64,000 bases of DNA from Acidimicrobium ferrooxidans DSM 10331 (GTDB lineage: Bacteria > Actinomycetota > Acidimicrobiia > Acidimicrobiales > Ilumatobacteraceae), in the NCBI GenBank assembly GCA_945900735.1, contig CAMDJX010000002.1, positions 964 to 64,963 of the forward strand. The letters are read 5' to 3'. A program made the translations under genes and the position numbers. The notes beneath the pieces are model-generated. The model was not told the DNA's origin. It searched no databases and worked only from the letters and a program-made list of their open reading frames with translations. Positions 17,507 to 27,941 of the stretch are shown one piece after another. Numbering within the stretch: the first letter of the stretch is position 1; every line of letters begins with the position of its first letter.

Positions 17507-20200
17507 CTATTTGGAATCTGTTGAGCTTCCCCCGATGATCGCTTGCGCGCACGCAAGTCGGGCTATGGGAATACGATACGGCGAACACGAGACGTAGTCA
17601 AGTCCCGCCGCGTAAAACATGGCGATTGAGTCCGGGTCTCCCCCGTGTTCGCCACAGACCCCCAACTTCAACGAGCGTTTTGTTTTTCGGCCGCGCCTTA
17701 CGGCCATCCGAACCAATTCGCCCACGCCAACTACATCTATCGACTCGAATGGGTTGCGCTTCAGCAAACCCGCGGCCAAGTACTGCGGCATCAATCGGCT
17801 TTCCACATCATCTCGGCTGAATCCAAACGTCATCTGTGTGAGGTCATTCGTTCCGAAACTGAAAAAATCGCTGACCTCAGCGAGTTCATTTGCAACTAGA
17901 GCTGCTCGTGGTGTTTCAATCATCGTGCCGATTGTCACCTTCGGACGGGAAATCTTTCGAGCTTTTCCAGCCTGCTTATCTGGGGTCGTTCGCGGCAAGC
18001 GACCATGCTGAACGATCGCTTCTTCCACCCAGCTGCGCGCAAGAGTTAACTCTTCTTTCGTGGTGACGAGTGGAATCATGATCTCGATGATTGGTTGGAA
18101 ACCCTCGTTGGCCACAATGTCTGCCGCAGTTAACAACGCTTTCACCTGCATGGCATATAAACCAGGTTTTAGTACGCCAAGTCGAACTCCGCGTGTTCCC
18201 AGCATCGGGTTCACTTCAGACCATGCGTGTGCGGCGTCGAGCAACTTTTGCTCTTGTGAAGTGAGTGCACCCAGCGCCTGTTTACTCTCGAGCGCACCAA
18301 CACGTGGCAGAAATTCGTGCAAAGGAGGATCAAGGAGTCGCACCGTCACTGGAAGCCCGCTCATTGCTCGCAATAATGCAACAAAATCTGTTGTTTGCAC
18401 TTCGCGCAGTGCTTCCAACGCGATTGCCTCTTCTTCGGGAGTCTCGGCAAGAATCATTTGACGAACGACAGGCAACCGATCCGGCGCAAGAAACATGTGT
18501 TCTGTTCGACAAAGCCCAATTCCCTCGGCACCAAATTGACGAGCCATTTCGGCATCCTGTTGATTGTCCGCATTGGCCCTCACTGACATCTTGCCCTTGC
18601 GCACTTCATCGGCCCATTTCACGATGGTGTGAAAATCCTTGGTCGGCTCTGCGGCCACCAACTCGACTGCCCCAAGCATTACCTCGCCAGTAGAGCCATC
18701 TATCGAAATAGTGTCACCCTCACGCACCACTGTTGAGCCAACCGCAAACTGTTTGCCGTCAATCATTACCGTTTCCGCACCGACGACCGCCGGAGTGCCC
18801 CATCCTCGCGCAACAACAGCGGCATGACTGACCAACCCGCCACGTGTGGTGAGAATGCCTTGAGCCACCACCATTCCGTGCACATCGTCGGGGCTGGTTT
18901 CGCCACGCACCAAGATCACGGCTTCGCCACGGCCAACCGCCTTCTCGGCATCACCTGCAGAGAAGTAGACCTTCCCTACTGCGGCGCCCGGCGATGCCGC
19001 TAGACCCACGGCGATGGCAATATTTTTATTGGAAAATCGGGGATGCATGACCTGGTCGAGATGATCCGCGTTCACACGCATCAACGCTTCTCGTTTGGAA
19101 ATCTTCCAGGCTGACTTTCCGCTGCCGGTTGGTTTCGTCATATCTACTGCCATCTTTAGGGCCGCGGCACCCGTGCGTTTGCCCACGCGAGTCTGCAGCA
19201 TCCAAAGTTTTCCCTGTTCAATTGTAAATTCCGTATCGCACATGTCTTTGTAATGTCGCTCAAGCCGAGAAAAAATAGACATCAACTCTTGATGAATCTC
19301 TGGAAACTTTTGCTGCAAAGCATCAAGGTTCTCGGTGTTGCGAATACCGGCAACTACATCTTCACCTTGAGCATTGACAAGAAAATCTCCATATGGTTTG
19401 CTCTCGCCAGTGGCCGCGTTGCGAGTGAACCCCACCCCAGTTCCCGAATTATCGTCTCGGTTTCCGAAAACCATTGCCTGGATGTTGACTGCCGTTCCTA
19501 AATCGTGGTTGATTTTTTCTCGCACACGATAAGCAATTGCACGGGCACCATTCCACGAACGAAATACGGCCTCCACGGCGCCTCGCAGTTGTTTCATCGG
19601 TTCTTGCGGAAACTCTCTGCCAGTCGATTGTTTAACAACAGTCTTATACGTTTCGCACAAGTCGCGCAGGGCGGACGCAGGGAGTTCGGCGTCAGAGGTA
19701 ACACCTGCATTCGATTTAGCAAGAACGAATGGATGCTCGAATTTGTCGCCGTCTATACCAAGCACAATTCGTCCGTACATCGAAATGAAACGCCGATAAC
19801 TATCGAATGCAAAGCGCTCATTGTTTGTGGATTCGGCAAGCCCAACGACGCTTACATCGTTTAGGCCAAGGTTGAGAACGGTGTCCATCATTCCCGGCAT
19901 CGAGAACTTGGCGCCAGAACGAACCGAGACCAATAGTGGACGATGTGGGTCGCCGAGCTTCGCCTCCATCTTTTTTTCCAAAAGTGCAACCTGTTGTTGC
20001 AGCTCGGCGTCAAGTGTCTTTGGCCAGCCAGCCTTCATGTAGCCCCTGCAGGCATCTGTAGTGACGGTGAAACCGTGTGGCACTGGCAGCTTGAGGACGC
20101 TCGTCATTTCTGCCAAGTTTGCGCCCTTGCCACCGAGCAAGTCCTTCATTTCCATCGGCGCTTTGCGATGTTTGTGATCAAACGAAAAAACAAGCGCCAT
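17507..20200 (-). CDS. ppdK: Pyruvate, phosphate dikinase
   Basis: 897 aa. It has the GGKGANLAEM N-terminus, a phospho-His swivel domain (TTRGGLVSHAAVVARGWG) and a PEP-utilising C-domain (GLDYVSCSPYR). Confidence 0.93.
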   Translation of the reverse strand: MALVFSFDHKHRKAPMEMKDLLGGKGANLAEMTSVLKLPVPHGFTVTTDACRGYMKAGWPKTLDAELQQQVALLEKKMEAKLGDPHRPLLVSVRSGAKFSMPGMMDTVLNLGLNDVSVVGLAESTNNERFAFDSYRRFISMYGRIVLGIDGDKFEHPFVLAKSNAGVTSDAELPASALRDLCETYKTVVKQSTGREFPQEPMKQLRGAVEAVFRSWNGARAIAYRVREKINHDLGTAVNIQAMVFGNRDDNSGTGVGFTRNAATGESKPYGDFLVNAQGEDVVAGIRNTENLDALQQKFPEIHQELMSIFSRLERHYKDMCDTEFTIEQGKLWMLQTRVGKRTGAAALKMAVDMTKPTGSGKSAWKISKREALMRVNADHLDQVMHPRFSNKNIAIAVGLAASPGAAVGKVYFSAGDAEKAVGRGEAVILVRGETSPDDVHGMVVAQGILTTRGGLVSHAAVVARGWGTPAVVGAETVMIDGKQFAVGSTVVREGDTISIDGSTGEVMLGAVELVAAEPTKDFHTIVKWADEVRKGKMSVRANADNQQDAEMARQFGAEGIGLCRTEHMFLAPDRLPVVRQMILAETPEEEAIALEALREVQTTDFVALLRAMSGLPVTVRLLDPPLHEFLPRVGALESKQALGALTSQEQKLLDAAHAWSEVNPMLGTRGVRLGVLKPGLYAMQVKALLTAADIVANEGFQPIIEIMIPLVTTKEELTLARSWVEEAIVQHGRLPRTTPDKQAGKARKISRPKVTIGTMIETPRAALVANELAEVSDFFSFGTNDLTQMTFGFSRDDVESRLMPQYLAAGLLKRNPFESIDVVGVGELVRMAVRRGRKTKRSLKLGVCGEHGGDPDSIAMFYAAGLDYVSCSPYRIPIARLACAQAIIGGSSTDSK

Positions 20201-20240
20201 GCAACAATCTTACGCTTGTTAACGATGCCGCATTACCGAG

Positions 20241-21005
20241 CTAAGTGAGAACACTTCCTCGCTTAATGAGCGCAATCGCCTGTGTGCCAGCAACAGTTGT
20301 ATAGGTGCCAACAGTTACATCATTGACGACAACGTTGGCCCCCGCTACTGCATCAATTGGGCAATCGATAAGCGTCAGCATTTTCGGTGCTGTTGAGCCA
20401 CGTGAATCCATGCGTTCAACAAGTTCTTGGCCGGGATAGCAACCCTTAGTGAAGCTGACGGCACACTCGACGATGCCAGTCTCTGCCGGAATCATGTCGG
20501 TCGAAATATCCACACCCATGATCGGCCACATTGCAGCAACCCGTGCTGCCGCGAACTGCTCGGTTGTTCCCTGCGGAATGTTCGACGGCAGAGTCAATGC
20601 GGGTGAGAAAACGTCGACTGCAGTACCGTCGGCGCGCCATGCGGCAAGCGAGCCGTCTACGGCAGTACCCCCGCAATTGCGAATGGCTCGCCAGTTTTGT
20701 TGCTGTAAGTCCAAGTCGGCATTTACCCGAATCTTAAAACGCTTCAAACGTGCAACCACGCTCTCGCCATAGCCACTGTCGGTGTCAAGCACGAAACGAT
20801 CATTTGCCGCGCACGATACGCGAAGCAGAGCATCGATCTTGCCAGTCGGCTGCAGCACAAACGATGCGCGAACATCGCCAGGCTGCATTGTCTCTATATT
20901 CTGGCTGAGCTGTGAATGCAGATACTTTCGTGCATCAGAGCCCGTAACCGTGACGACATCGCGAACGATTGGCACCCAAAATGCACTCAATGCGGAATCA
21001 ACCAT
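20241..21005 (-). CDS. YgfZ/GcvT-like folate-binding protein
   Basis: 254 aa with the KGCYPGQE signature of YgfZ-type proteins. It overlaps the trpE 3' end by 8 nt. Confidence 0.75.
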   Translation of the reverse strand: MVDSALSAFWVPIVRDVVTVTGSDARKYLHSQLSQNIETMQPGDVRASFVLQPTGKIDALLRVSCAANDRFVLDTDSGYGESVVARLKRFKIRVNADLDLQQQNWRAIRNCGGTAVDGSLAAWRADGTAVDVFSPALTLPSNIPQGTTEQFAAARVAAMWPIMGVDISTDMIPAETGIVECAVSFTKGCYPGQELVERMDSRGSTAPKMLTLIDCPIDAVAGANVVVNDVTVGTYTTVAGTQAIALIKRGSVLT

Positions 21006-22506
21006 TGGCTTGCCGAGCGGCAGTCATCCTGCGAGCAGCGGGTATGGCCGCGAGCAAAGCAGCCACTTTGTTGTGGCATTCCAAATCTTCGTCTTCTGGA
21101 ATGCTGTCGGCGACAATGCCCGCGCCTGCCTGCAAGACTGCACCTTTCGGCCCAACAAACATTGTTCGAATAGCAATTGCTGTGTCGAGATTGCCCGAAA
21201 AATCGACGTAACCAATGGTGCCTGCGTAAGGCCCACGACGCACAGGCTCGAGTTCGTCGATGATTTCCATTGCCCGTACTTTTGGCGCACCACTGACCGT
21301 GCCTGCAGGAAGCGTTGCACGCAGAACATCGATTGGTCCAAGTCCTTCGCGCAGCTGCCCTGTTACCTGAGAAGTGAGATGCATGACATGACTGTACAAC
21401 TCGAGCGACATCAACTCTTCAACCTTTACCGTGCCAAACTGTGCCACTCGACCAACATCATTTCGGGCTAGATCTACCAGCATGATGTGTTCGGCAACCT
21501 CTTTCGGATGCTCGCGCAATTCCGCTGCAAGCTTCTTGTCGTGCTCATCATCCAAACCGCGCTTACGAGTGCCGGCGATAGGTCGGCTCGTTACTTTGCC
21601 ATCGCGCAACTGCACCATTGGCTCGGGAGAACTGCCAACAATGGTGATGCTGTTGTGCTTCATGTAATACATGTACGGGCTTGGGTTAACTTGTCGCAGC
21701 ACTCGATAGAAATCGAATGGGTCTGCCCCTAGTTGAATATCAAACCTCTGCGAAAGCACCACCTGAAAAATGTCTCCGGCCTTGATGTGTTCTTTTGCTG
21801 CTTCAACCGCAGTTTGAAAAGAACTGCCCTTTGGCACGTCACGTGTCGGTTTCGAGTCGGTCGCAAGCGGTGGCTCCGCCGCAACGTACGCAAGGGGCTG
21901 AGTGAGGTCGTGAACGGCGGCATGAATGCGCTCGATCGCGGCATCGTATGCGGCATCAATTTCCAGTGAGTTGCGATCGACAAGCGGAACACTTTCCAAC
22001 ACATACGCACGCTGACGCCAGTGATCGAACGCAACCAGCGAACCAATCATGCTGACAACAGCATCGGGAAATTCGTGAACATCGCGGGGAGGATTCGGAA
22101 GGTTTTCTATCTCGCGGACTACGTCGTAACCCAGGAAACCCATCAGACCACCTTGCAATGGTGGCAACTCCTCCATCACCGGCGCCTTATATATAGACAA
22201 CAACGACTCCATTGCGCCGAGCATGCCGTGGTCGAGGTCGATGTCCTCTGGCACAGCGCCCGAGACGACCATGTTTCCATTGCGCATTTGCAGCGTTGCC
22301 AATGCATTACGACCAACGAATGAATAACGACTCCAACTACCCCCGTGCTCGACCGACTCGAGCAGGAAACCCGGCTTGTCCCCCACGAGCTTCATGTAGG
22401 CAGCAACCGGTGTTTCTACGTCGGCCAAAATTTCTGTCCAAACAGGAACAACTGTGAAGTTGACAGAGAGAAAATGGAAATCTTGACGTGAGGGAAAAAT
22501 CTGCAT
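20998..22506 (-). CDS. trpE: Anthranilate synthase component I
   Basis: 502 aa. It has the LLES...SRYS feedback motif, PIAGT (rather than the PIKGT of PabB), and GAPKVRAMEIIDELE. Confidence 0.85.
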   Translation of the reverse strand: MQIFPSRQDFHFLSVNFTVVPVWTEILADVETPVAAYMKLVGDKPGFLLESVEHGGSWSRYSFVGRNALATLQMRNGNMVVSGAVPEDIDLDHGMLGAMESLLSIYKAPVMEELPPLQGGLMGFLGYDVVREIENLPNPPRDVHEFPDAVVSMIGSLVAFDHWRQRAYVLESVPLVDRNSLEIDAAYDAAIERIHAAVHDLTQPLAYVAAEPPLATDSKPTRDVPKGSSFQTAVEAAKEHIKAGDIFQVVLSQRFDIQLGADPFDFYRVLRQVNPSPYMYYMKHNSITIVGSSPEPMVQLRDGKVTSRPIAGTRKRGLDDEHDKKLAAELREHPKEVAEHIMLVDLARNDVGRVAQFGTVKVEELMSLELYSHVMHLTSQVTGQLREGLGPIDVLRATLPAGTVSGAPKVRAMEIIDELEPVRRGPYAGTIGYVDFSGNLDTAIAIRTMFVGPKGAVLQAGAGIVADSIPEDEDLECHNKVAALLAAIPAARRMTAARQANG

Positions 22507-22745
22507 TAGCGGCCCTGTCGCGATGCACGCAGCACCAAGCGCAGCGCCGTGTTCACGCCGCGCTCGGCTTCATAAATTGCGGTTAACAGATCGTCGCCGG
22601 CATCGGCGTTGTTTGGGTCGCGGATTGCCATGGCTCGCGATTGCGCAAGTGCGTTGAGCCGTTCGCGCGAGCGCTCCAGCGTGTCGACAAGAGCAGAGAG
22701 CTCGGCCCGCGTACTGGCGGTGTTCCCAGAAATGTCAGCAGGCAT
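22506..22745 (-). CDS. Small hypothetical helical protein (79 aa), translationally coupled to trpE
   Basis: The ATG ORF's stop overlaps the trpE start (TAATG). No motif recognised. Confidence 0.4.
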   Translation of the reverse strand: MPADISGNTASTRAELSALVDTLERSRERLNALAQSRAMAIRDPNNADAGDDLLTAIYEAERGVNTALRLVLRASRQGR

Positions 22746-22804
22746 CGCTGCATCTTAGACGCGAGGCTTACGTGTTGTGCTGACGAATTATCCAGACAAA
22801 TGAC

Positions 22805-22826
22805 AAAGGCCCCGTAAGGGGCCCTT
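22805..22826 (-). terminator. Intrinsic terminator downstream of nth
   Basis: The minus strand reads AAGGGCCCC-TTAC-GGGGCCTTT followed by GTCATTTGTC. It is a GC stem followed by a T-rich tail, about 85 nt after the nth stop. Confidence 0.55.
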
Positions 22827-22907
22827 GGCACGCGATCTCAGGCGGCGGACCCGAGACCAGCATCGCGCGAAAGCGAAACGCCTCGCGCGACTGCACAATG
22901 TAACGGC

Positions 22908-23630
22908 TTAGCGAGCTTTTTTTGCCGCAGGCTTTTTGGATCCTGCCGATTTTGCCATTTTTGATCTTGGAAGCTCGGACGATGGACAGATATCGGCAAA
23001 CTCGCATACTTGACACTGTGGCTTTTTTGCATCGCAGACGCGCCTACCGTGCAGGATCAATCGCAGACCGAAACCGCCCCAATCCTGCGGTGGAAACATT
23101 GCATTGAGTGCATATTCCACTTTCACCGGGTCTTCCTCTTTAGTTAAACCAAGCCTGCGCGACAAGCGTCCGACATGTGTGTCCACCGCCAGGCCAGGCA
23201 AGTCGAACACAACGCTTCGCAACACATTGGCGGTCTTTCGCCCAACACCAGGCAACGTAACGAGATCCTCGATTGCTGACGGCACCTCTCCACCAAATCT
23301 GTCGACAACACCACGTGCCATACCGATGAGATTCTTTGCCTTTGTTTGATAAAACCCCGTTGAGCGGACCAGCTCCTCCACTCTCTCGACATTGGCAACA
23401 GAAAGTGTTTCGGCAGTAGGAAATTCTGCGAACAGTGCCGGCGTCACCATGTTTACTCGCGCATCCGTACATTGCGCCGAAAGAATAGTTGCAGCGAGCA
23501 ACTGAAATGCGCTTTCGTGTGTGAGCTCGCAAATTGCTTCCGGGTAGATCACCTTCAGCCGCTTCAACACCTCTGTTGCGCGATCGGCAATTTTCTTGTT
23601 CACCTTTACAGCTGCCACAGGTGCGAACAC
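22908..23630 (-). CDS. nth: Endonuclease III
   Basis: It has HhH-GPD (LPGVGRKTANV) and the 4Fe-4S ligand pattern C-X6-C-X2-C-X5-C (CDAKKPQCQVCEFADIC). There is a Lys/Ala-rich C-terminal tail. Confidence 0.9.
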   Translation of the reverse strand: MFAPVAAVKVNKKIADRATEVLKRLKVIYPEAICELTHESAFQLLAATILSAQCTDARVNMVTPALFAEFPTAETLSVANVERVEELVRSTGFYQTKAKNLIGMARGVVDRFGGEVPSAIEDLVTLPGVGRKTANVLRSVVFDLPGLAVDTHVGRLSRRLGLTKEEDPVKVEYALNAMFPPQDWGGFGLRLILHGRRVCDAKKPQCQVCEFADICPSSELPRSKMAKSAGSKKPAAKKAR

Positions 23631-23660
23631 TAGTCATCCAGCACGGATATCCTGACACCC

Positions 23661-24572
23661 ATGCCGCTCAACATTCTTCAGCGCCGAGCCGGCGCCGAGT
23701 TGGCCGAGTCGATGGCCGACATTGACTCACTGCTCGAAGCCGTGGAGCGCGCAGATGGGCAGCGTCCACTTTCCGATCACATGTGGCTCGATCTGCGCCA
23801 GGGAGGCCGCCCGGGGTTTGCAGGTCTGCTCGGTGTACAAGACGACCACGACCACCTAGTTGCGTACTGCCAAGTTTCGCGCGGCAACGAATCTTGGTCG
23901 CTCGACTTGGTTGTCCACCCGCATCATCGATACGAGATGACCACAATTGGCCCACAAATGTTGCACGCTGCAATCAACATCATTCAGGCGGAAGGTGGTG
24001 GTCACGTTCATTGGTGGGTGTTCGAACCAACCCCCACATATACCAACCTTGCTGCCGACATTGGTTTGTCGCCTGGCCGCACCATGCTGCAGTTGCGCGT
24101 GCAACTGCCGCTCACGCAATCAACAGAGATTGAGACGTGTGCCTTTCGAGTTGGCACAGACGAAGCCCAGTGGCTGGAAGTAAACAACCGTGCGTTTGCC
24201 GACCACCCCGAGCAAGGCCATTGGTCCACCGAAACACTTGCCTCTCGTTTTGCAACTAGCTGGTTCAACCCCGAAGGCTTATTAATGCATCACGAACATG
24301 ACCAACTCGCCGGATTTTGCTGGACAAAACTTCACACAGACACCACACCGCACCTTGGCGAAATTTATGTCGTTGCAGTAGACCCAGCATTTGCTCGGCG
24401 TGGTCTAGGGCGAGCACTGACCATTGCAGGACTTCAGCATCTCTCGGCCGAAGGCGCACCTGTTGGCATGTTGTACGTAGCAGCTGACAATTTCGCGGCG
24501 CTTTCGCTCTATCGATCACTTGGGTTCACGACACATCACACCCAACGAGCCTTTGTCGGTGACGTCCAGTAG
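23661..24572 (+). CDS. mshD: Mycothiol synthase (tandem GNAT acetyltransferase)
   Basis: 303 aa. The two-GNAT architecture and size match MshD, and the C-terminal GNAT carries the ARRGLGRALT acetyl-CoA loop. Confidence 0.72.
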   Translation: MPLNILQRRAGAELAESMADIDSLLEAVERADGQRPLSDHMWLDLRQGGRPGFAGLLGVQDDHDHLVAYCQVSRGNESWSLDLVVHPHHRYEMTTIGPQMLHAAINIIQAEGGGHVHWWVFEPTPTYTNLAADIGLSPGRTMLQLRVQLPLTQSTEIETCAFRVGTDEAQWLEVNNRAFADHPEQGHWSTETLASRFATSWFNPEGLLMHHEHDQLAGFCWTKLHTDTTPHLGEIYVVAVDPAFARRGLGRALTIAGLQHLSAEGAPVGMLYVAADNFAALSLYRSLGFTTHHTQRAFVGDVQ

Positions 24573-24581
24573 TTTTGGGCC

Positions 24582-26399
24582 ATGAATAACACCCAACAGC
24601 AAACTGCTCTACCTCGCTGGTCTGTGGCAGATGTCCATCAGTCATTTGACGCGCGCTCATTTACCGACGCAATGGAAGCTGCAGGTGCTGGCGTAACTCG
24701 GCTTGAGGCTTTGTTTGAAGAACACAACGTGCGCGCAATTACTCCGCGCCCGGTGAAGCCGGCGGATGGCGAAGCCGCCGATTCTGTAATCAGCACTTTC
24801 AATAACGTTGTCGAAGCGCAAGAAATTCTTGGCGCTTACGTCTATGCAACCGTGAGTACCGACTCGCGCAACGAACGAGCACAAGGTTTACTCAGCGAAA
24901 TGGAAACACTCGACGCACGAGTTTCGCCTCTGCTCTCCCGTCTTGCCGACTGGGTGGCTGCATTGGGTACCGAACAGCTGGCAACAGTAAGCACCGAGGC
25001 CCGCGACCACTTGGGCCCTCTCGAGCGTCTGCAGGCACGCGCCGAACATCAAATGTCCGAAGTTGAAGAAGGTCTCTATTCCGAGCTTGGCACCACGGGC
25101 TCTTCGGCATGGGGACGCCTGCAGGGCGACCTGACATCCCAATTGAGCACCGATGTACACCTTCCGACAGGAACAAAGACAATGCCGATGGCAGCGGTTC
25201 GCGGGCTCTCAACCGACCCCGATTTGAACGTGCGTAAAGCCGCGTACGAAGCCGAGATGCGCGCATGGCCAACTATTGCGGTGGCATGTGCGGCCGCGAT
25301 GAACAGCATCAAAGGTGAAGCCAACGTAGTTAATCGCAGGCGCAAGTGGAAGCAACCACTGGATGCATCGCTGTATTCCAACAACGTGAGCCTGGAAACA
25401 TTCAATGCCATGCAGTCGGCCGTACACGCATCACTTCCCGACTTTCGCCGCTGGATGCGCGTAAAAGCAAAACTCGTAGGTGACACCAACGGGCTTTCCT
25501 GGTGGAACCTTGCCGCGCCACTCAGCATCTCGCCTGGGCCGATTTCGTGGGATCAAGGTATCTCATTAGTGAAAGGTGCCTTCGCGAGTTACAGCGATCG
25601 ACTTTCACACCTCGTTGATCGATCAATTAGCGAACAGTGGCTCGATGCCGAACCGCGCGAAGGAAAAGTTGGCGGCGCATTTTGTATGTCATTCGTTGAC
25701 GACCGCTCGCTTGTACTGCTGAACTGGAGCGGCAGCGTCGACTCGGCGCAAGTTACCGCTCACGAACTAGGGCACGCGTACCACAACACTCAATTGGCGC
25801 ATCGCACCGCCCTACAAAAGCGACTGCCCATGGCACTTGCAGAGACCGCAAGCATTTTTTGCGAGACGCTTGTTGTTGAGGAAGGTCTTTCTCGCTTGCA
25901 AGGCGACGACCGCCTGGCGCTGCTGGACGTAGACCTGATCGGTGCAAACCAAGTAGTCGTCGATATCCATAGTCGTTTTCTGTTTGAGACCGAAGTGTTT
26001 GCACGACGACAGAAGCGCACCCTTGGAGTGAGCGAACTGAATGAGATCATGCTCTCTGCGCAACGCGATGCATACGGCGACGGCCTTGACCAATCAACCG
26101 CTCACCCCCACATGTGGGTATTGAAACCCCATTACTACGGCAGCCATTTTTATAACTGGCCATATACCTACGGTTTGCTGTTTGGGCTGGGCTTATACGC
26201 GCAGTATCAACTGGATCCAGAGAAGTTTCGAGATGGATACGACGATGTGCTTTCGAGAGCTGGCATGGACACAGCAGAACAGTTGGGACAGGCCTTCGGT
26301 ATCGACGTGACATCCGAATCGTTCTGGACAGCAAGCCTTGACGTGCTGCGTGCTCGAATGCGGGATTACGAACAATTGGCTCAGCCACACTTGCAATAA
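24582..26399 (+). CDS. M3 family oligoendopeptidase (PepF-like)
   Basis: 605 aa with the zinc motif HELGHAYH. Confidence 0.85.
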   Translation: MNNTQQQTALPRWSVADVHQSFDARSFTDAMEAAGAGVTRLEALFEEHNVRAITPRPVKPADGEAADSVISTFNNVVEAQEILGAYVYATVSTDSRNERAQGLLSEMETLDARVSPLLSRLADWVAALGTEQLATVSTEARDHLGPLERLQARAEHQMSEVEEGLYSELGTTGSSAWGRLQGDLTSQLSTDVHLPTGTKTMPMAAVRGLSTDPDLNVRKAAYEAEMRAWPTIAVACAAAMNSIKGEANVVNRRRKWKQPLDASLYSNNVSLETFNAMQSAVHASLPDFRRWMRVKAKLVGDTNGLSWWNLAAPLSISPGPISWDQGISLVKGAFASYSDRLSHLVDRSISEQWLDAEPREGKVGGAFCMSFVDDRSLVLLNWSGSVDSAQVTAHELGHAYHNTQLAHRTALQKRLPMALAETASIFCETLVVEEGLSRLQGDDRLALLDVDLIGANQVVVDIHSRFLFETEVFARRQKRTLGVSELNEIMLSAQRDAYGDGLDQSTAHPHMWVLKPHYYGSHFYNWPYTYGLLFGLGLYAQYQLDPEKFRDGYDDVLSRAGMDTAEQLGQAFGIDVTSESFWTASLDVLRARMRDYEQLAQPHLQ

Positions 26400-26436
26400 C
26401 CAAGGATCTACCGCCCCCACCTCTAGCCTGTAGGTC

Positions 26437-27495
26437 ATGACAAGTCTTTACGATGCAACTCGTGAGGACATCGAAGTACTGCTTGAAGACCAGCCCGCAT
26501 TCCGGATTACACAAATCTGGGACGGCCTCTACAAACAATTGCTAGAGCCCGAGAAGATTCTCACGCTTCCTGCAGCGCTGCGTACCCAAATGACCGAAAT
26601 GTTGCCAACGGCGCTCAACTCCGTGACAACAAGCATCAGCGACAAGGGCGACACCGTAAAGTTCCTGTGGTCGCTTGTCAATGGCGGACACCCCATCGAA
26701 ACCGTGCTGATGCACTATCGCGACCGAGCGACGGTGTGTGTCAGTACTCAAGCAGGGTGCGCAATGGCTTGCGGGTTCTGCGCAACAGGCCAAGCAGGTT
26801 TCAGCCGACATCTCACAACCGGCGAGATTGTGGAACAAGTTGTGCGTGCCGCGCGAGAAAGCGCAAAACGTAAACAACGCCTTGCCAACGTGGTGTTCAT
26901 GGGTATGGGCGAACCGCTTGCAAACGAAGCAGCAGTGTGGGGCGCCGTTGAACGGCTTCACGCCGACATTGGCCTGTCCGCACGAAACCTCACTATCTCT
27001 ACAGTTGGCATCGTGCCTGGCATTCGCACACTTGCCGACCGTCCGCTTCCCGTCAACTTGGCCGTCTCGCTGCATGCCGCACGCGACTCGCTGCGCGACG
27101 AACTTGTACCAATCAACAAGCGCTACCCGCTAGCTGACTTGGTGCAGGCCTGTGCCGATTACCTGTTGAAAAAGAATCGTCGCGTCAGTTTCGAGTGGGC
27201 CATGATCGACGGCATCAACGATCAACCGCAGGACGCCCGCGAGCTAGCCCGCTTGTGCAAGCGATTGCGCCCAGCCGCGCACGTCAACCTCATACCCCTC
27301 AACCCAACCCCGGGCTGGCCAACAAAGGGCACATCCCCAGAGGGCGTCCGCGAGTTTGCCCGACAACTTGAAGATTTGGGTGTCAACGTAACCATCCGTC
27401 GCAATCGCGGCACCGACATCGATGCCGCATGCGGACAGCTCGCTGCAGGTCAGCCGATCAAACTTGGCGCCCGCCGAGTGGTGACAGCGGAATAA
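26437..27495 (+). CDS. rlmN: 23S rRNA/tRNA (adenine-C2)-methyltransferase, radical SAM
   Basis: It has the CAMACGFCATG radical-SAM cluster motif, GMGEPLAN, and a C-terminal catalytic Cys (DIDAACGQL). Confidence 0.9.
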   Translation: MTSLYDATREDIEVLLEDQPAFRITQIWDGLYKQLLEPEKILTLPAALRTQMTEMLPTALNSVTTSISDKGDTVKFLWSLVNGGHPIETVLMHYRDRATVCVSTQAGCAMACGFCATGQAGFSRHLTTGEIVEQVVRAARESAKRKQRLANVVFMGMGEPLANEAAVWGAVERLHADIGLSARNLTISTVGIVPGIRTLADRPLPVNLAVSLHAARDSLRDELVPINKRYPLADLVQACADYLLKKNRRVSFEWAMIDGINDQPQDARELARLCKRLRPAAHVNLIPLNPTPGWPTKGTSPEGVREFARQLEDLGVNVTIRRNRGTDIDAACGQLAAGQPIKLGARRVVTAE

Positions 27496-27500
27496 ATCGT

Positions 27501-27935
27501 TTACAACGTTTGCAACAAGCGTTGTTGCCCGCGCGTTATTTGATCTGCCAGCAAACGCTCTAACACTCCACCAGTAAACAATGTGCCGCCGTAATGCAGG
27601 TGCACCACAACGGTTGAACCATCACCCTTTGGTGAAATATCGGCGGTAAGCACCCAAGCGGAATGACTTCGACCATCAAGTTCTTTGCGCTCGAAAACCA
27701 CACGCGAACCCGCGTTGTTGACTGTTCGCACCATTCTCAGATTTTTGGAACGCGCGAACGGGCCAACCTTGCCGCGCAACTGCACATTCCACACCGCATC
27801 CTCACCATTTGATTGGTTAACGGCTTCTGCCCGATAAACAATGTCGAGCCATTGCGTATACGCGGACAGATCGCTCATTGCTAGGTGGAGGCGCGCGCAA
27901 TCGACTGGCGCATCAAGCGATGCGTAAACATCCAT
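27501..27935 (-). CDS. SRPBCC (START/polyketide cyclase-like) family protein
   Basis: 144 aa. The size and sequence character are consistent with an SRPBCC fold. The assignment is weak. Confidence 0.5.
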   Translation of the reverse strand: MDVYASLDAPVDCARLHLAMSDLSAYTQWLDIVYRAEAVNQSNGEDAVWNVQLRGKVGPFARSKNLRMVRTVNNAGSRVVFERKELDGRSHSAWVLTADISPKGDGSTVVVHLHYGGTLFTGGVLERLLADQITRGQQRLLQTL

Positions 27936-27941
27936 ATTGAT

